The notes under the pieces are model-generated. The model made no database searches. It saw only the letters and a program-made list of their open reading frames with translations, and was not told the origin of the DNA. DNA of 64,000 bases from Alphaproteobacteria bacterium (lineage in GTDB: Bacteria; Pseudomonadota; Alphaproteobacteria; MPNO01). Every line of letters starts with the position of its first letter. The stretch's first letter is position 1. The stretch is from positions 2,432,001-2,496,000 of the forward strand of contig CBDFLJ010000002.1 of the NCBI GenBank assembly GCA_965248835.1, read 5' to 3'. Position numbers and translations under genes: made by a program. Positions 1 to 9,765 of the stretch are shown here, one piece after another.

Positions 1-207
1 CTTCAGCCCGTGCTTCTCGTCGAACTTGTTGTTGAACAGCACCTGGTTCTGCAGGTTCGACCAGCCGCCGGCGAGCGTCGCCGTCTTCAGGGTCGTGGGC
101 CCGGCGCCGAAGGCCAGGTTGGGCGCGCAGATGATGCCCGCGCCCATTGCAAGACCGGTCGTGCCGGCGCTTTCGAGAAACCTCCTGCGCGAAACGGTCG
201 TGCTCAT
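1..207 (-). CDS. Tat-exported ABC substrate-binding protein (probably NitT/TauT type), N-terminal part; runs off the window edge
   Basis: Not in the ORF track. Manual translation from ATG 207: MSTTVSRRRFLESAGTTGLAMGAGIICAPNLAFGAGPTTLK...; twin-arginine SRRRFL motif; GGAGG ribosome-binding site (RBS) upstream; open to base 1. Confidence 0.75.
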   Translation of the reverse strand, partial: MSTTVSRRRFLESAGTTGLAMGAGIICAPNLAFGAGPTTLKTATLAGGWSNLQNQVLFNNKFDEKHGLK

Positions 208-320
208 CGCGGTCCTCCCTTCGCCGCCCGGTTCTGCGGCGGGTTTTGACATGGGATCATCTTCGACAACAATACCGACAGTGTCCACACCCGATCCCGT
301 GACCGAACCCGGCCGAATCG

Positions 321-1325
321 ATGCAGGAAGTCTGGATCCAGTACCTCAACCGCGCCGACGTGGAGGCGCTGGCGCTGACAGAGGCCGAGATCATCGCCGC
401 CGTCGAGGGGGCGCTCGCCGCTCAGGGCACCGGCCGCACCGTCATCGAGCCGCGGGTTCACCTGGTGCCGGAGTCTTCCGACAAGGGCCATTTCAATATC
501 CTCAGGGGTTATGTCGCACCGCTCGGCGTCGCCGGCGTGAAAATCGTCGGCGATTTCGTCGACAACTACCGCCGCGACCTGCCCTCGGAGATGGCGATCC
601 TCAACCTGTTCGACCCCGAGACCGGCATGCCGCTTGCGCTGATCGACGCGACCGCGATAACCGACATGCGCACCGGCGCGATGACTGCGATCGGTGCCCG
701 CCACCTTGCGCGCAGCGACTGCAAGATCCTCGGCCATATCGGCGCGCGGGGGACCGCCTATTGGAACGTCCGTCTGCTCGACCACCTGTTCGACTTCGCC
801 GAAATCCGGGTCCACTCGCGCCGCGCCGAAAGCCGGGACGCGTTCGGCGCGCGGCTGGAGCGCGACCTCGGCAAGCCGGTCCGCGTGGTCGAGGACTGGC
901 GCGCCTGTCTGGAGGGCGCCGATATCCTGGTCGAGGCCTCCCGGCTTCCTGCGCCACAGGCGCTGTTCAAGACGGAATGGGTCAAGCCGGGCGCCCTTGT
1001 CGTGCCGTACGGAACCATGAGCGCGGTCGAGATCACGCTGACCGACGTGATGGACAAGATCGTGGTCGACGATTGGGGCCAGTGCCGGCCGGGAATGCCT
1101 TTCGGCGCGCTGCGAAGGCATGTCGACGAGGGCAAGCTGACCGAGGCGACCCTGCATGCCGAGCTGGGCGAGATCGTCGCCGGCACCAAGCCCGGGCGCG
1201 AGGAAGACGGAGAGACGATCCTGTTCTGGCACCGCGGCTTGAGCCTGAGCGACATCGCGCTCGGCATGGCCATGCTGGACAAGGCCGCCACCCTGGGCGT
1301 TGGCCAGCGGCTGCGCTATGCCTAG
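321..1325 (+). CDS. Ornithine cyclodeaminase/mu-crystallin family protein
   Basis: GVKIVGDF, DATAITDMRTGA and GHIGARGTA motifs; C-terminal GLSLSDIA. Confidence 0.9.
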   Translation: MQEVWIQYLNRADVEALALTEAEIIAAVEGALAAQGTGRTVIEPRVHLVPESSDKGHFNILRGYVAPLGVAGVKIVGDFVDNYRRDLPSEMAILNLFDPETGMPLALIDATAITDMRTGAMTAIGARHLARSDCKILGHIGARGTAYWNVRLLDHLFDFAEIRVHSRRAESRDAFGARLERDLGKPVRVVEDWRACLEGADILVEASRLPAPQALFKTEWVKPGALVVPYGTMSAVEITLTDVMDKIVVDDWGQCRPGMPFGALRRHVDEGKLTEATLHAELGEIVAGTKPGREEDGETILFWHRGLSLSDIALGMAMLDKAATLGVGQRLRYA

Positions 1326-1346
1326 GACGCGGGGCCGGAGGCGCCG

Positions 1347-2156
1347 GTGAGCATCGCCTGCGCGCGCATGTACAACATCGCGCCGGAGGCCCGCGCGGCG
1401 TGGCGGACGATCTTCGCGTGGGCTTCCGGCCGCACCGGCGTGCCGCTCGAGGTGATCGAGCATGCCGCGCCCGCGCCGCTCGACGATCTCTGGGCGCGCC
1501 TGGACATGGGCTGCGTCCTGATGTGCGGCTGGCCCTATGCGATGGCCGACCCGCGGCCTCGCCTGATCGCCGTCCCGGTGCCCTCGCCGCCGCGCTATGG
1601 CGGCAAGCCGGTCTATTTCACCGACCTCGTGGTGCGGGCCGACAGCGCGTACCGCAACGTGCCGGACACGTTCGGCGGGCGCCTCGCCTGGACCCTCGGC
1701 ACCTCCCATTCCGGCTACAATGCGCTGCGCCATCACCTGTTGCGATACCGCACGAACGAACGGCCGGCGCTATACCGCAAGACGGTCGGCCCTCTGGTCT
1801 CGCCCGTCCGGGCGCTGCAGGCCGTGGTCGACGGGGCGGCGGACATCGCGCCGCTCGACAGCCTGTGCCTCGACCTCCTGAGACGCCATGCGCCCGAGCG
1901 CGCGGCCGCGGTCAGGGTCATCGAAACCACCGAGCCCGCACCGTTTCCGCCGCTGGTGGCAAGCCCGGGCGCGGATCCCGAAGAATGCGCGCGCCTGCAA
2001 CAGGCACTGCTTTGCGCCCACGCGGATGCGACCCTGCGCCCGGCGCTGGAGGACGCGCTGATAAGGGGGTTCGCCGCCGCCGCGCCCGAGGTCTACGACG
2101 TCACGGTCAGCCGCGCGGACATGGCGGTCGCCGCCGGCTACGGAAAGCCGGGCTGA
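1347..2156 (+). CDS. PhnD/SsuA-like substrate-binding-fold protein, no obvious signal peptide
   Basis: MCGWPY, VVRADS, SHSGYNAL and ADIAPLDS motifs. Confidence 0.8.
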   Translation: MSIACARMYNIAPEARAAWRTIFAWASGRTGVPLEVIEHAAPAPLDDLWARLDMGCVLMCGWPYAMADPRPRLIAVPVPSPPRYGGKPVYFTDLVVRADSAYRNVPDTFGGRLAWTLGTSHSGYNALRHHLLRYRTNERPALYRKTVGPLVSPVRALQAVVDGAADIAPLDSLCLDLLRRHAPERAAAVRVIETTEPAPFPPLVASPGADPEECARLQQALLCAHADATLRPALEDALIRGFAAAAPEVYDVTVSRADMAVAAGYGKPG

Positions 2157-2162
2157 GGCGCT

Positions 2163-3281
2163 TCACTCGAGCGGCTCGAGCCGCCAGATCGGCTCGCCAT
2201 ACGCGTCGACCAGCAGATAGATGTTGCCGTCGGGGCCGGTGCGCACGTCGCGGATCCGCTTGCCGAAATCGGTCAGCAGCCGTTCTTCCGCCACCACGCG
2301 GGTGCCTGCGAGCGTCAGACGGACGAGGATTTGGCCGCGCAGCGCGCCGACGAACAGGTTGCCGCGCCACCGTGGGAACTTGTCGCCGTCGTAGAAGGCC
2401 AGACCCGACGGCGCGATCGAGGGCACCCAATAGGTTTTGGGCTGGGCCATGCCCGGCCGCGCGGTCTCCTCGCTGATGATCGTGCCACTGTAGTTCCGGC
2501 CGTGGGTGATCACCGGCCAACCGTAGTTGGCGCCGCGCTCGATGAGGTTGACCTCGTCGCCGCCGCGCGGGCCGTGCTCGTGCGACCAGATTCGCCCGCT
2601 GGCGGAATCGATGGCGAGCCCCTGCGGGTTGCGATGCCCCCAGGACCAGATCTCCGGCAAGGCATCGGGCCTGCCGACGAACGGGTTATCGGAGGGCACG
2701 GTGCCGTCCGTGTTCAGCCGCAGCACCGAGCCGGCGTGGCGGCCGAGGTCCTGGGCGTTCGACCGCTGCCCGCGGTCGCCGATGGTGACATAGAGCTTGC
2801 CGTCGGCGCCGAAGACCATGCGCGAGCCGAAATGTTGTCCGGCGCCGGTGCCCGGGCGCGCGGTGAAGATGGTCTCGAAGCCCTCGAGCCGGCCGGCGGT
2901 CAGCCGGGCCCGGCTGACCGCGGTGTTGAGCCCCTCGCCCACCGGCCGGGCGTGGGTGAGATAGACCAGCGCGTTGGTCGCGAAATTCGGGTGCAGCGCG
3001 ATATCGAGCAATCCGCCCTGGCCGTAGGACCGGATCCTCGGCAGGCCGTGCAATGCCCGCGAGACCTTGCCGTCCAGCCCGACCGTGCGCAAATTGCCGT
3101 CCTTTTCGGTGACCAGCATCCGGCCGTCGGGCAGGAACGCGAGCCCCCAGGGCTGGTCCAGAGGCCCTGACGCCGGCACCAGGGCGAAGGCGTGCTGTTG
3201 CGAGCGGTAGTCGGCGGCCTCGACCGTCCCCGCCAGCACAAGACCGCCGAATGCAACGGCGGCGGTCAGCGCGCGCTTCAC
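2163..3281 (-). CDS. PQQ-dependent soluble aldose sugar dehydrogenase (YliI-like)
   Basis: Signal peptide; PWGLAFLPDG, GQGGLLD, HFGSR, GHRNPQG, EHGPRGGDE and RIRDV motifs. Confidence 0.92.
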   Translation of the reverse strand: MKRALTAAVAFGGLVLAGTVEAADYRSQQHAFALVPASGPLDQPWGLAFLPDGRMLVTEKDGNLRTVGLDGKVSRALHGLPRIRSYGQGGLLDIALHPNFATNALVYLTHARPVGEGLNTAVSRARLTAGRLEGFETIFTARPGTGAGQHFGSRMVFGADGKLYVTIGDRGQRSNAQDLGRHAGSVLRLNTDGTVPSDNPFVGRPDALPEIWSWGHRNPQGLAIDSASGRIWSHEHGPRGGDEVNLIERGANYGWPVITHGRNYSGTIISEETARPGMAQPKTYWVPSIAPSGLAFYDGDKFPRWRGNLFVGALRGQILVRLTLAGTRVVAEERLLTDFGKRIRDVRTGPDGNIYLLVDAYGEPIWRLEPLE

Positions 3282-3661
3282 ACCGGCCGGCCAGAGGTGT
3301 GCGAAGAGGTGATCTTGAGCCTGTATCCGTCGGGGAACGGGATGGTGAACGAGCTGTGGATCGAGCCCGAGGTGATATCGGACGGCGACAGCCCCATATC
3401 GCAGTAGCGTGCGTGGGTCGCCTCGACATCGTCGACCATCAGATCGACCGGCGCCATCTGGTCCGGCTCGATCCTGTGCTCGCCCGCCCGAACGATCAGA
3501 TGGGTCCCGCCGCGAAGCTCGAGGACCGCGAAGCTTTCCCGCCGCACGATCGGCCGCAGGCCCAGCTTCTCCAGCAAGTCGCAGGCGGAGTGAAGGTTGT
3601 TGACGTCCATTCTCACATGGCCGACCGCGACCGCGGGTCTGGCATCGCGCGCATCCTTCAT
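3278..3661 (-). CDS. VOC/glyoxalase family protein
   Basis: VGHV..., LELRGGTHL, DLMVDD and PDGY motifs; RBS; GTGA overlap with the downstream gene. Confidence 0.85.
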   Translation of the reverse strand: MKDARDARPAVAVGHVRMDVNNLHSACDLLEKLGLRPIVRRESFAVLELRGGTHLIVRAGEHRIEPDQMAPVDLMVDDVEATHARYCDMGLSPSDITSGSIHSSFTIPFPDGYRLKITSSHTSGRPV

Positions 3662-3692
3662 CGCGTCCTCTCCGGTGTCTTCATTTGTCCCT

Positions 3693-3720
3693 ATATGGGG
3701 CCGGCATCGGCGCGATCAAA
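3693..3720 (-). promoter_or_regulatory. Possible RpoH (sigma32)-type promoter for the VOC-PQQ dehydrogenase pair
   Basis: TTTG-N17-CCCATAT on the minus strand, about 30 nt upstream of ATG 3661. Confidence 0.4.
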
Positions 3721-3804
3721 CATACGCGGTCGACCGGCACGGTTGTTGCGGCGGCGATCCCGGCGCTCCGGTTGCCGGGCCGCGGGCGCGTTGCCGTGGC
3801 GCCA

Positions 3805-4761
3805 TCAGGCGGCGAGCCGCTGCTGCCACGCAGCCAAGGCGTCGGTCCGCTTGTTGTCGCCCAGATGGTTCAGCGCCTGGGCGACGAAATCCAGCCCCAC
3901 CAACTCGTTCCACGCCCGGATCAGCCGCATGGTCACCGGGCCCGGCAGCGCCTCGCCCCCGGCCACCGGGCTGCCGTTCAGGCTCCTGACCGGCAGCATC
4001 GTGCCGCTGGTGCCCGACAGGAACGCCTCATCGGCGGTATAGACGTCATAGGGCGTGAAATCGCCCTCGATCACCTCGATGCCGAGGCTCTCGGCGATCT
4101 CCAGAATGGTGGTGCGGGTGATGCCGCCCAAGACGTTGCGCGCACGCGACGTGCACAGCGCACCGCGGCTGACGAAGAAGAAGTTCGCCGTGTTCGACTC
4201 CGCGATGTTGCCGTCGAGGTCGAGGATCAGCGGCAGCGCCTCGGGGTCGGACTGCTGGGCCTCGAAGCGGGCCTGGAGCTGGTTCATCCGGTTGGTGAGC
4301 TTGGCCTTCGGATCGGCGCATTGCGGCGGCGTGCGGCGGACGCCCGGGGTGACGAGCTTGAGCCCGTCGAGATAGGCGTGCGCGAAACCCCTGAACCCTA
4401 CGTCCAGACAATACATTACGACCGTGGCCGCAGCCTTCTCGCCCTGCAACCTGTCGCCTCGGCTGATCACCTGCCACAACGCGAAGTCGCTGTCGGGCGC
4501 GCGGGTCGCCAGGTTGCGCTCGACCGTCTCGCGCGAAAGCGCGGTCATCTGCTCGACCGTTAGCGCGGGGTCGATCCTGGCATAGGCGAGCGAGCGGAAG
4601 AGCCTGGCCATGTGGAATTCCAGCCGGAACAGCTTGCCGTCATAGGTCCTGGTGACCTCGTAGACCCCGTCGCCGCCGGAAAAGCCCCAGTCGAGCACCG
4701 AGACCTTGGCCTGGCTTTCGGGCACAAAGTCGCCATTGAGATAGATCACCCGCTCGGTCAT
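3805..4761 (-). CDS. Aminotransferase class IV (branched-chain/D-amino-acid type)
   Basis: YLNG, GDGVYEVTR, AESNTANFF, LGGITR and ADEAFLSGT motifs. Confidence 0.9.
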   Translation of the reverse strand: MTERVIYLNGDFVPESQAKVSVLDWGFSGGDGVYEVTRTYDGKLFRLEFHMARLFRSLAYARIDPALTVEQMTALSRETVERNLATRAPDSDFALWQVISRGDRLQGEKAAATVVMYCLDVGFRGFAHAYLDGLKLVTPGVRRTPPQCADPKAKLTNRMNQLQARFEAQQSDPEALPLILDLDGNIAESNTANFFFVSRGALCTSRARNVLGGITRTTILEIAESLGIEVIEGDFTPYDVYTADEAFLSGTSGTMLPVRSLNGSPVAGGEALPGPVTMRLIRAWNELVGLDFVAQALNHLGDNKRTDALAAWQQRLAA

Positions 4762-4899
4762 CGTCTGTTCCTTCCCGTTCACCGTGTCCGCGCCGTCCCA
4801 ACGATCCCCGATCAGCCGCCGGCGGGCAAGGCCTTCCGACGTTGGCGCGCGCTTTGCGCCGCGCTTAGACTGGTCTGGGACTCAACCCGGAGGGACGCC

Positions 4900-5946
4900 A
4901 TGGGGGCGATCGATGCCGATGCCCACGTAATCGAGACCACCGCGACGTTCGAATACCTGGGCGAGTCGGAGAGGGAGCATCTGCCCGGCATCCTGTCGCA
5001 GACCTACGGCAACGCGGCCAGGAACAACGCCGGCGATCCGATGCGCGATTTCTGGGTGGTCGACGGGATGATCCACGGCAAGGACCGCAACATCGGCCTG
5101 GATACGCCCAGGGAGTCGCGCGAGATGTCCGATGTCCCGGCTCGGCTGCGCCACATGGACGCGCTGGGGATCGACGTCCAGGTGCTTTATCCGACGCTGT
5201 TCCTGCGCCCGATCGCCCGCTCGTTCCGCAGCGAGGCGGCGCTGGTGGGCGCCTACAACCGCTGGCTCGCCGACATCTGGGCGCAAGGCGGCGGGCGGCT
5301 GCGTTGGGCGGTGATGCCGGCGCTGCAATCGATGCACCGGATCGGCGACCAGCTCGCCTTCGGCAAGGAGAACGGCGCCTGCGGGGTGTTCATGCGCGGG
5401 CTGGAATGCGACCTGCCCGTGGCGCACCCCTATTTCTTCCCGCTGTATGAGGCGGCCCAGGCGCTCGATCTTCCGATCTGCATCCATTCGGCCAACGGCT
5501 CGATCATCCATCACGACTTCTACGTCAAGGACACCACCTTCACGATGTTCAAGCTGACCATCGTGGGCGCGCTGCATTCGCTGATCGAAAAGGCGGTCCC
5601 GGCCGCGTTTCCGCGCCTGCGCTGGGGTTTCATCGAGGCAAGCGCCCAATGGGTGCCCTATGTGCTGAACGACCTCGAGGACCGCTTCCGGCGCGAGGGC
5701 AAGCCTTTCTTCCAAGACCCGCTGGGCGAGAACAACATGTATGTCGCCTGCGAGGTGACCGACGATCTGCCTTACGTGCTCAAGCACGCCGGCGAGGACA
5801 ATCTGGTCATCGGCACCGATTACGGCCACCACGACCCTTCGGCCGAGATCGATGCCATCGGGCTCATGCGCGCCGACGCGCGCGTGCCGGCGCCGGTGCG
5901 CGAGAAGATCCTCGATGCCAACCCGCGGGCGCTTTACGGGCTGTAG
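4900..5946 (+). CDS. Amidohydrolase_2 family protein
   Basis: IDADAH, QVLYPT, AYNRWL, IHS, IEAS and GTDYGHHD motifs; GGAGG RBS before ATG 4900. Confidence 0.88.
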   Translation: MGAIDADAHVIETTATFEYLGESEREHLPGILSQTYGNAARNNAGDPMRDFWVVDGMIHGKDRNIGLDTPRESREMSDVPARLRHMDALGIDVQVLYPTLFLRPIARSFRSEAALVGAYNRWLADIWAQGGGRLRWAVMPALQSMHRIGDQLAFGKENGACGVFMRGLECDLPVAHPYFFPLYEAAQALDLPICIHSANGSIIHHDFYVKDTTFTMFKLTIVGALHSLIEKAVPAAFPRLRWGFIEASAQWVPYVLNDLEDRFRREGKPFFQDPLGENNMYVACEVTDDLPYVLKHAGEDNLVIGTDYGHHDPSAEIDAIGLMRADARVPAPVREKILDANPRALYGL

Positions 5947-6063
5947 TGCGATCGAGGCCTGGATCGACGCCCAGGGCGGAGGTCCGTCTGCCTGCCCGCC
6001 GCGCCGCACCCAAGGAGTCCGCGGCCGGGGGCGGCGATGCCCGGCGCAGGTTCCGAACAAGCT

Positions 6064-6831
6064 CTAATTGAACACGAACCCGCCATTGACCGGCAGGACC
6101 TGGCCGGTGACGAAGCCGGACGCATCGGAGAGGAAATAGAGCACCGTGCCGATGACGTCGTCGGGATATTGCTCGCGGGCGATGGCGCGCCCCTCGACCG
6201 CCTGCCGGTGGCGGTGCCGGGGCATGGTCGCGGTCGCTGGCACGATCGCCAGTCCGGGCGCGATCGCGTTGACGGTGATCGCGTCCGGTCCGAGCTCACG
6301 AGCGAGCGAGCGGGTCATGCCGATGACCGCGGCCTTGGATGTGTTGTAGTGCAGCACGCGCGGCGGGCCCCACAGCGCGGTATCGGATGCGACGTTGAGC
6401 ACCCGCCCCGCAGCGGATTTGCGCAAGTACCGGGCGCATTCCTTCACGGTAAGCCACGAGCCCCGGACGTTGACGTTCATGATCCGGTCCCATTCCTCGA
6501 CCGTGGTCTCCTCGAAGGTCTTGCCGCCGACGCCGTCGGCGAGCGCACCGTTGTTGACCAGCCCGTCGAGGCGGTCGTACATCCGACCGATCGCATCGGC
6601 CATCGCGCGCACCGATCGGGGCTCTGCCAGGTCGAGCGGGACGAAGGTCGCATCGAAGCCGCGCGCGGCCAGGCCGGCCGCCGCCTCCTTGCCCAACGCC
6701 TCACGCAGTTCAGCGATGATCACCCGCGCACCGGCCTCGCAGCAGGCTTCGGCATAGGCGTAGCCCAGACCGCGCCCGGCGCCGGTGATCAGGATGATCT
6801 TTCCTTCGAGGGAGATTACCGGCCGTGCCAT
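6064..6831 (-). CDS. Short-chain dehydrogenase/reductase
   Basis: TGAGRGLG, NNGA, YxxxK (YNTSK) and VNAIAPG motifs. Confidence 0.92.
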   Translation of the reverse strand: MARPVISLEGKIILITGAGRGLGYAYAEACCEAGARVIIAELREALGKEAAAGLAARGFDATFVPLDLAEPRSVRAMADAIGRMYDRLDGLVNNGALADGVGGKTFEETTVEEWDRIMNVNVRGSWLTVKECARYLRKSAAGRVLNVASDTALWGPPRVLHYNTSKAAVIGMTRSLARELGPDAITVNAIAPGLAIVPATATMPRHRHRQAVEGRAIAREQYPDDVIGTVLYFLSDASGFVTGQVLPVNGGFVFN

Positions 6832-6926
6832 CGACCTCACCAGAAGCGGTCAATTGATGTGCTACAAGAGCCGGCCGATCCTACTTGCCGAGGACACCGG
6901 CGCCAATCGTGCGGGAGGGCCGAGCG

Positions 6927-7223
6927 ATGCTGTTTCTGATCGTCAATATCGACAAGCCGGGCCGCAACGACCTGCGGCTGGCCAACCGGCCGGCGCAGCA
7001 CGACTACATCGAGCGCTTTCGCGAACGCATAAAGTTCGCCGGCCCGACCACCACCGAGGACGGCGGCATGTCGACCGGCAACATGTTCGTTTTCGAGGCC
7101 GACAGCTATGACGAGGTGCTCGCGTTCACCCGGGGCGACCCCTATCTCAAGGCCGGGCTGTTCGACACCACCCTGATCCGGCCGTGGAACTGGACCTTCA
7201 ACCGGCCCGGCCTGGATATCTAG
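6927..7223 (+). CDS. YciI family protein
   Basis: DKPG..LR...R, AGP and DPY..AGLF motifs; RBS. Confidence 0.85.
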   Translation: MLFLIVNIDKPGRNDLRLANRPAQHDYIERFRERIKFAGPTTTEDGGMSTGNMFVFEADSYDEVLAFTRGDPYLKAGLFDTTLIRPWNWTFNRPGLDI

Positions 7224-7241
7224 AGTGCGTCCGGAACGGCC

Positions 7242-7649
7242 CTAGCCGGCCTTGTCCGCGTCCCAGTGCATGGCCTCGATCTTGTGGCCGTCGGGATCGC
7301 GCACGAAGCAGCCGTAATAGGCCTGGTTGTAGATCGGCCGATAGCCGGGCGGACCGTCATCGACCGCGCCTGTTGCGATCGCCGCGCGGTGAAAGGCATC
7401 GACCGCATCGATCGAGGGCGCGAGGAAGCAGATATGCGCGCCGTTGGCCGTCGTCGCCTGGTTTCCGTCGATCGGCGTCTGGACCCAGAATTCCGGGAGC
7501 GTCTTGCCGTATGCGACCGCCTCGCCGTGCTCCATGATGCGCCGGCATCCGAGCGCGCTCAGCACGGTGTCGTAGAACGCGCAGGTGCGCGCGAAATCGT
7601 TGGTCCCGATCGAGACATGGGACATGATACGCGGGTTGTCCTTGCTCAT
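7242..7649 (-). CDS. VOC/glyoxalase family protein
   Basis: MSHVSIGTND, NGAHICF and YYGCFVRDPDGHKIEA motifs. Confidence 0.9.
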   Translation of the reverse strand: MSKDNPRIMSHVSIGTNDFARTCAFYDTVLSALGCRRIMEHGEAVAYGKTLPEFWVQTPIDGNQATTANGAHICFLAPSIDAVDAFHRAAIATGAVDDGPPGYRPIYNQAYYGCFVRDPDGHKIEAMHWDADKAG

Positions 7650-7719
7650 TCCTTCCCCCTGGTGACGGGCCGCGGTGTGGCAGGCGAACAATAGACCGGA
7701 ACCGTGGAGACCTGCAGCC

Positions 7720-8499
7720 ATGCCCATGATCGACGCCAACGGCGAGACCCTCCACCACATCACCGAGGGCGCGGGTCCGGCGGTTCTGTTGATCCATTCC
7801 ATGGGGGCGGACGTGCGCATGTGGCGCGATCAGATCGCGGCGCTGTCGGACCGCTACAGGTGCATCGCCTTCGACTGCCGCGGCCATGGCGGGTCGACCT
7901 ACAACGCCCGCTACACGGTCCCCGGCGTTGCCGCCGATCTGAAGGCCGGGCTCGACGGGCTGGGCGTGGAGTCCTGCCACGTCATCGGGCTCGCCATGGG
8001 CGGGCCGATCGCGGTCTCGTTCGCGGCCCAATGGCCGGGCGCGGTGCGTTCGATCGTCATCGCCGACGGGTTCGTCGACATGCGCGAGGCGGGCGGTGCG
8101 CGGATCCCCGACTGGTCGAACACCATCCGCTCCACCCCGATGGCCGAATTCGGCGAGACCTACGCCAGGATGCGGTTGCTGCCGTGTGCGTCGGACACCG
8201 CGCGGCGCGAACTCGCCGAGGCGATCGCCAAGGTGCCGCCCGAAGCCTATATCGACGTGATGAAGGCTATCTTCGACACCGCGTTTACCGACGAACTCGC
8301 CCGGGTCCGCGCCCCGGCCCTGGTGATCTGGGGCGAAGAGGACGACGTCACCCCGCTGCCCCATTCCCGGCAGATCGCCCAGGGCATCCCCGGCGCGCGG
8401 CTGGAGACGATCCCGGGCGCCGCGCACATCGCCAATCTCGACCAGCCCGAGGCGTTCAACCGTCTGCTCGCCGGCTTCCTCGACGCCCAGCCGAAATAA
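7720..8499 (+). CDS. Alpha/beta hydrolase (PcaD-like; nucleophile elbow reads GLAMGG)
   Basis: FDCRGHGGS, GLAMGG, GEED and AAHIANL motifs. Confidence 0.85.
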   Translation: MPMIDANGETLHHITEGAGPAVLLIHSMGADVRMWRDQIAALSDRYRCIAFDCRGHGGSTYNARYTVPGVAADLKAGLDGLGVESCHVIGLAMGGPIAVSFAAQWPGAVRSIVIADGFVDMREAGGARIPDWSNTIRSTPMAEFGETYARMRLLPCASDTARRELAEAIAKVPPEAYIDVMKAIFDTAFTDELARVRAPALVIWGEEDDVTPLPHSRQIAQGIPGARLETIPGAAHIANLDQPEAFNRLLAGFLDAQPK

Positions 8500-8518
8500 G
8501 CCCGCCGGCGGCCGCCCG

Positions 8519-9541
8519 CTACCCGGCCTGCTCGGCCGCGATCCGCTCTTCGAGCAGGCGGCGGCTCTGGAGCGTGGCATTGTCGACGTTGATGTCGATC
8601 AGCACGGTGTCGCCGCCCATCGACTCCAGGCTCTTGTGCTGGGCGCTGATCGCGACGACGTCCTGCATCAGCGCCTTGGTGAACATCGCGCGCAATTGTT
8701 CGGTGAACGCCGCGTCATCCAGCCTGAAGTTCCGCGCGTGGTGCCAGAAATAGTGCGTGGAGGTCGCCGATTCCGGGGTGAGCGTGTGGTTGGAGTAGAC
8801 TTCGGCGCCCCGGCTCCGGTCGCCCTCGCGCGCACCGCTGCCGGCGATCGCGCTGCCGGCATCGATCACGATGTGGCAGGGCGGGGTGTAGCTGATGTTC
8901 TGCCAGCGGTCGACATTGGCGTTGGTGCCCAGCGCGTGGGCGTAGAACGGCGACGGCGGGGTGTCCATCACCCAGCGGCTGGCATGAATCCTGTCCGCGC
9001 CGCGCCGCGCCGAGATCTCGGCATCCTGATCGCCCGCCGCGCCCAACGTGTCGGCGTGCAGGAACTGGATGTGCGACAGGTCGACGAGGTTGTCGACCAT
9101 CAGCCGGTAGTCGCCGGCGACATGGTAGACGCCGCCGTAGGCCGTCCATTCGGGATCGTCGTTCCAGTGGTAGTCGGGGATGAGGTCGGGATCGGCCCGG
9201 TCCGGCGCGCCCATCCAGATCCACACCCAGCGCCAGCGCTCGACCACCGGATAGGCCCGCACCCCGGCACCGGGCGGGATCGCGGTCTGGCCGGGCACCC
9301 GGACACAGCGGCCGTCGAAGGCGAACTCCAGCCCGTGATAGCCGCATTGCAGGCTGGTTTCGAGCAGCTTGCCCTCGGACAACGGCAGCGAGCGGTGACA
9401 ACACCGGTCCTGGAGGCCGTAGGCCCGGCCGTCGGCGGCCCGGAACAGCACCACCGGCTCGTCCAGTATGGTCCGCGCAACGAAACCGTCGGAGAGCTCG
9501 TGATCCCAGGCCGCGACATACCAGCAGTTGCGCATGAACAT
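8519..9541 (-). CDS. Rieske non-heme iron oxygenase alpha subunit, VanA-like
   Basis: CCHR and CGYHG Rieske motifs; DNLVDLSHIQFLH iron site. Confidence 0.92.
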   Translation of the reverse strand: MFMRNCWYVAAWDHELSDGFVARTILDEPVVLFRAADGRAYGLQDRCCHRSLPLSEGKLLETSLQCGYHGLEFAFDGRCVRVPGQTAIPPGAGVRAYPVVERWRWVWIWMGAPDRADPDLIPDYHWNDDPEWTAYGGVYHVAGDYRLMVDNLVDLSHIQFLHADTLGAAGDQDAEISARRGADRIHASRWVMDTPPSPFYAHALGTNANVDRWQNISYTPPCHIVIDAGSAIAGSGAREGDRSRGAEVYSNHTLTPESATSTHYFWHHARNFRLDDAAFTEQLRAMFTKALMQDVVAISAQHKSLESMGGDTVLIDINVDNATLQSRRLLEERIAAEQAG

Positions 9542-9765
9542 CGGCCTGATCCTTCCTATGTGCGGCAGAGCGGGCGGTGCTCCGGCGGTCTTCCGAATCT
9601 AAAGCCTAAACCCCGCCGGTTTTCAACCAATTCAACCAATTCAGCCGACGAACCGACCCTTGCCCGGACGGCCCACCGGGACGCCGCGCCGGCTGGCCCG
9701 CCTGCCGCCGAAATTGCTATCCTGTGCCGCGATCATACCGGAAAAGCGACAAGAGGGCGGGACAG

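Noticed and set aside
7220-7245. CTAG...CTAG flanking 18 bp, like an IS5 target duplication
   Set aside because: Explained by the TAG stops of two convergent genes
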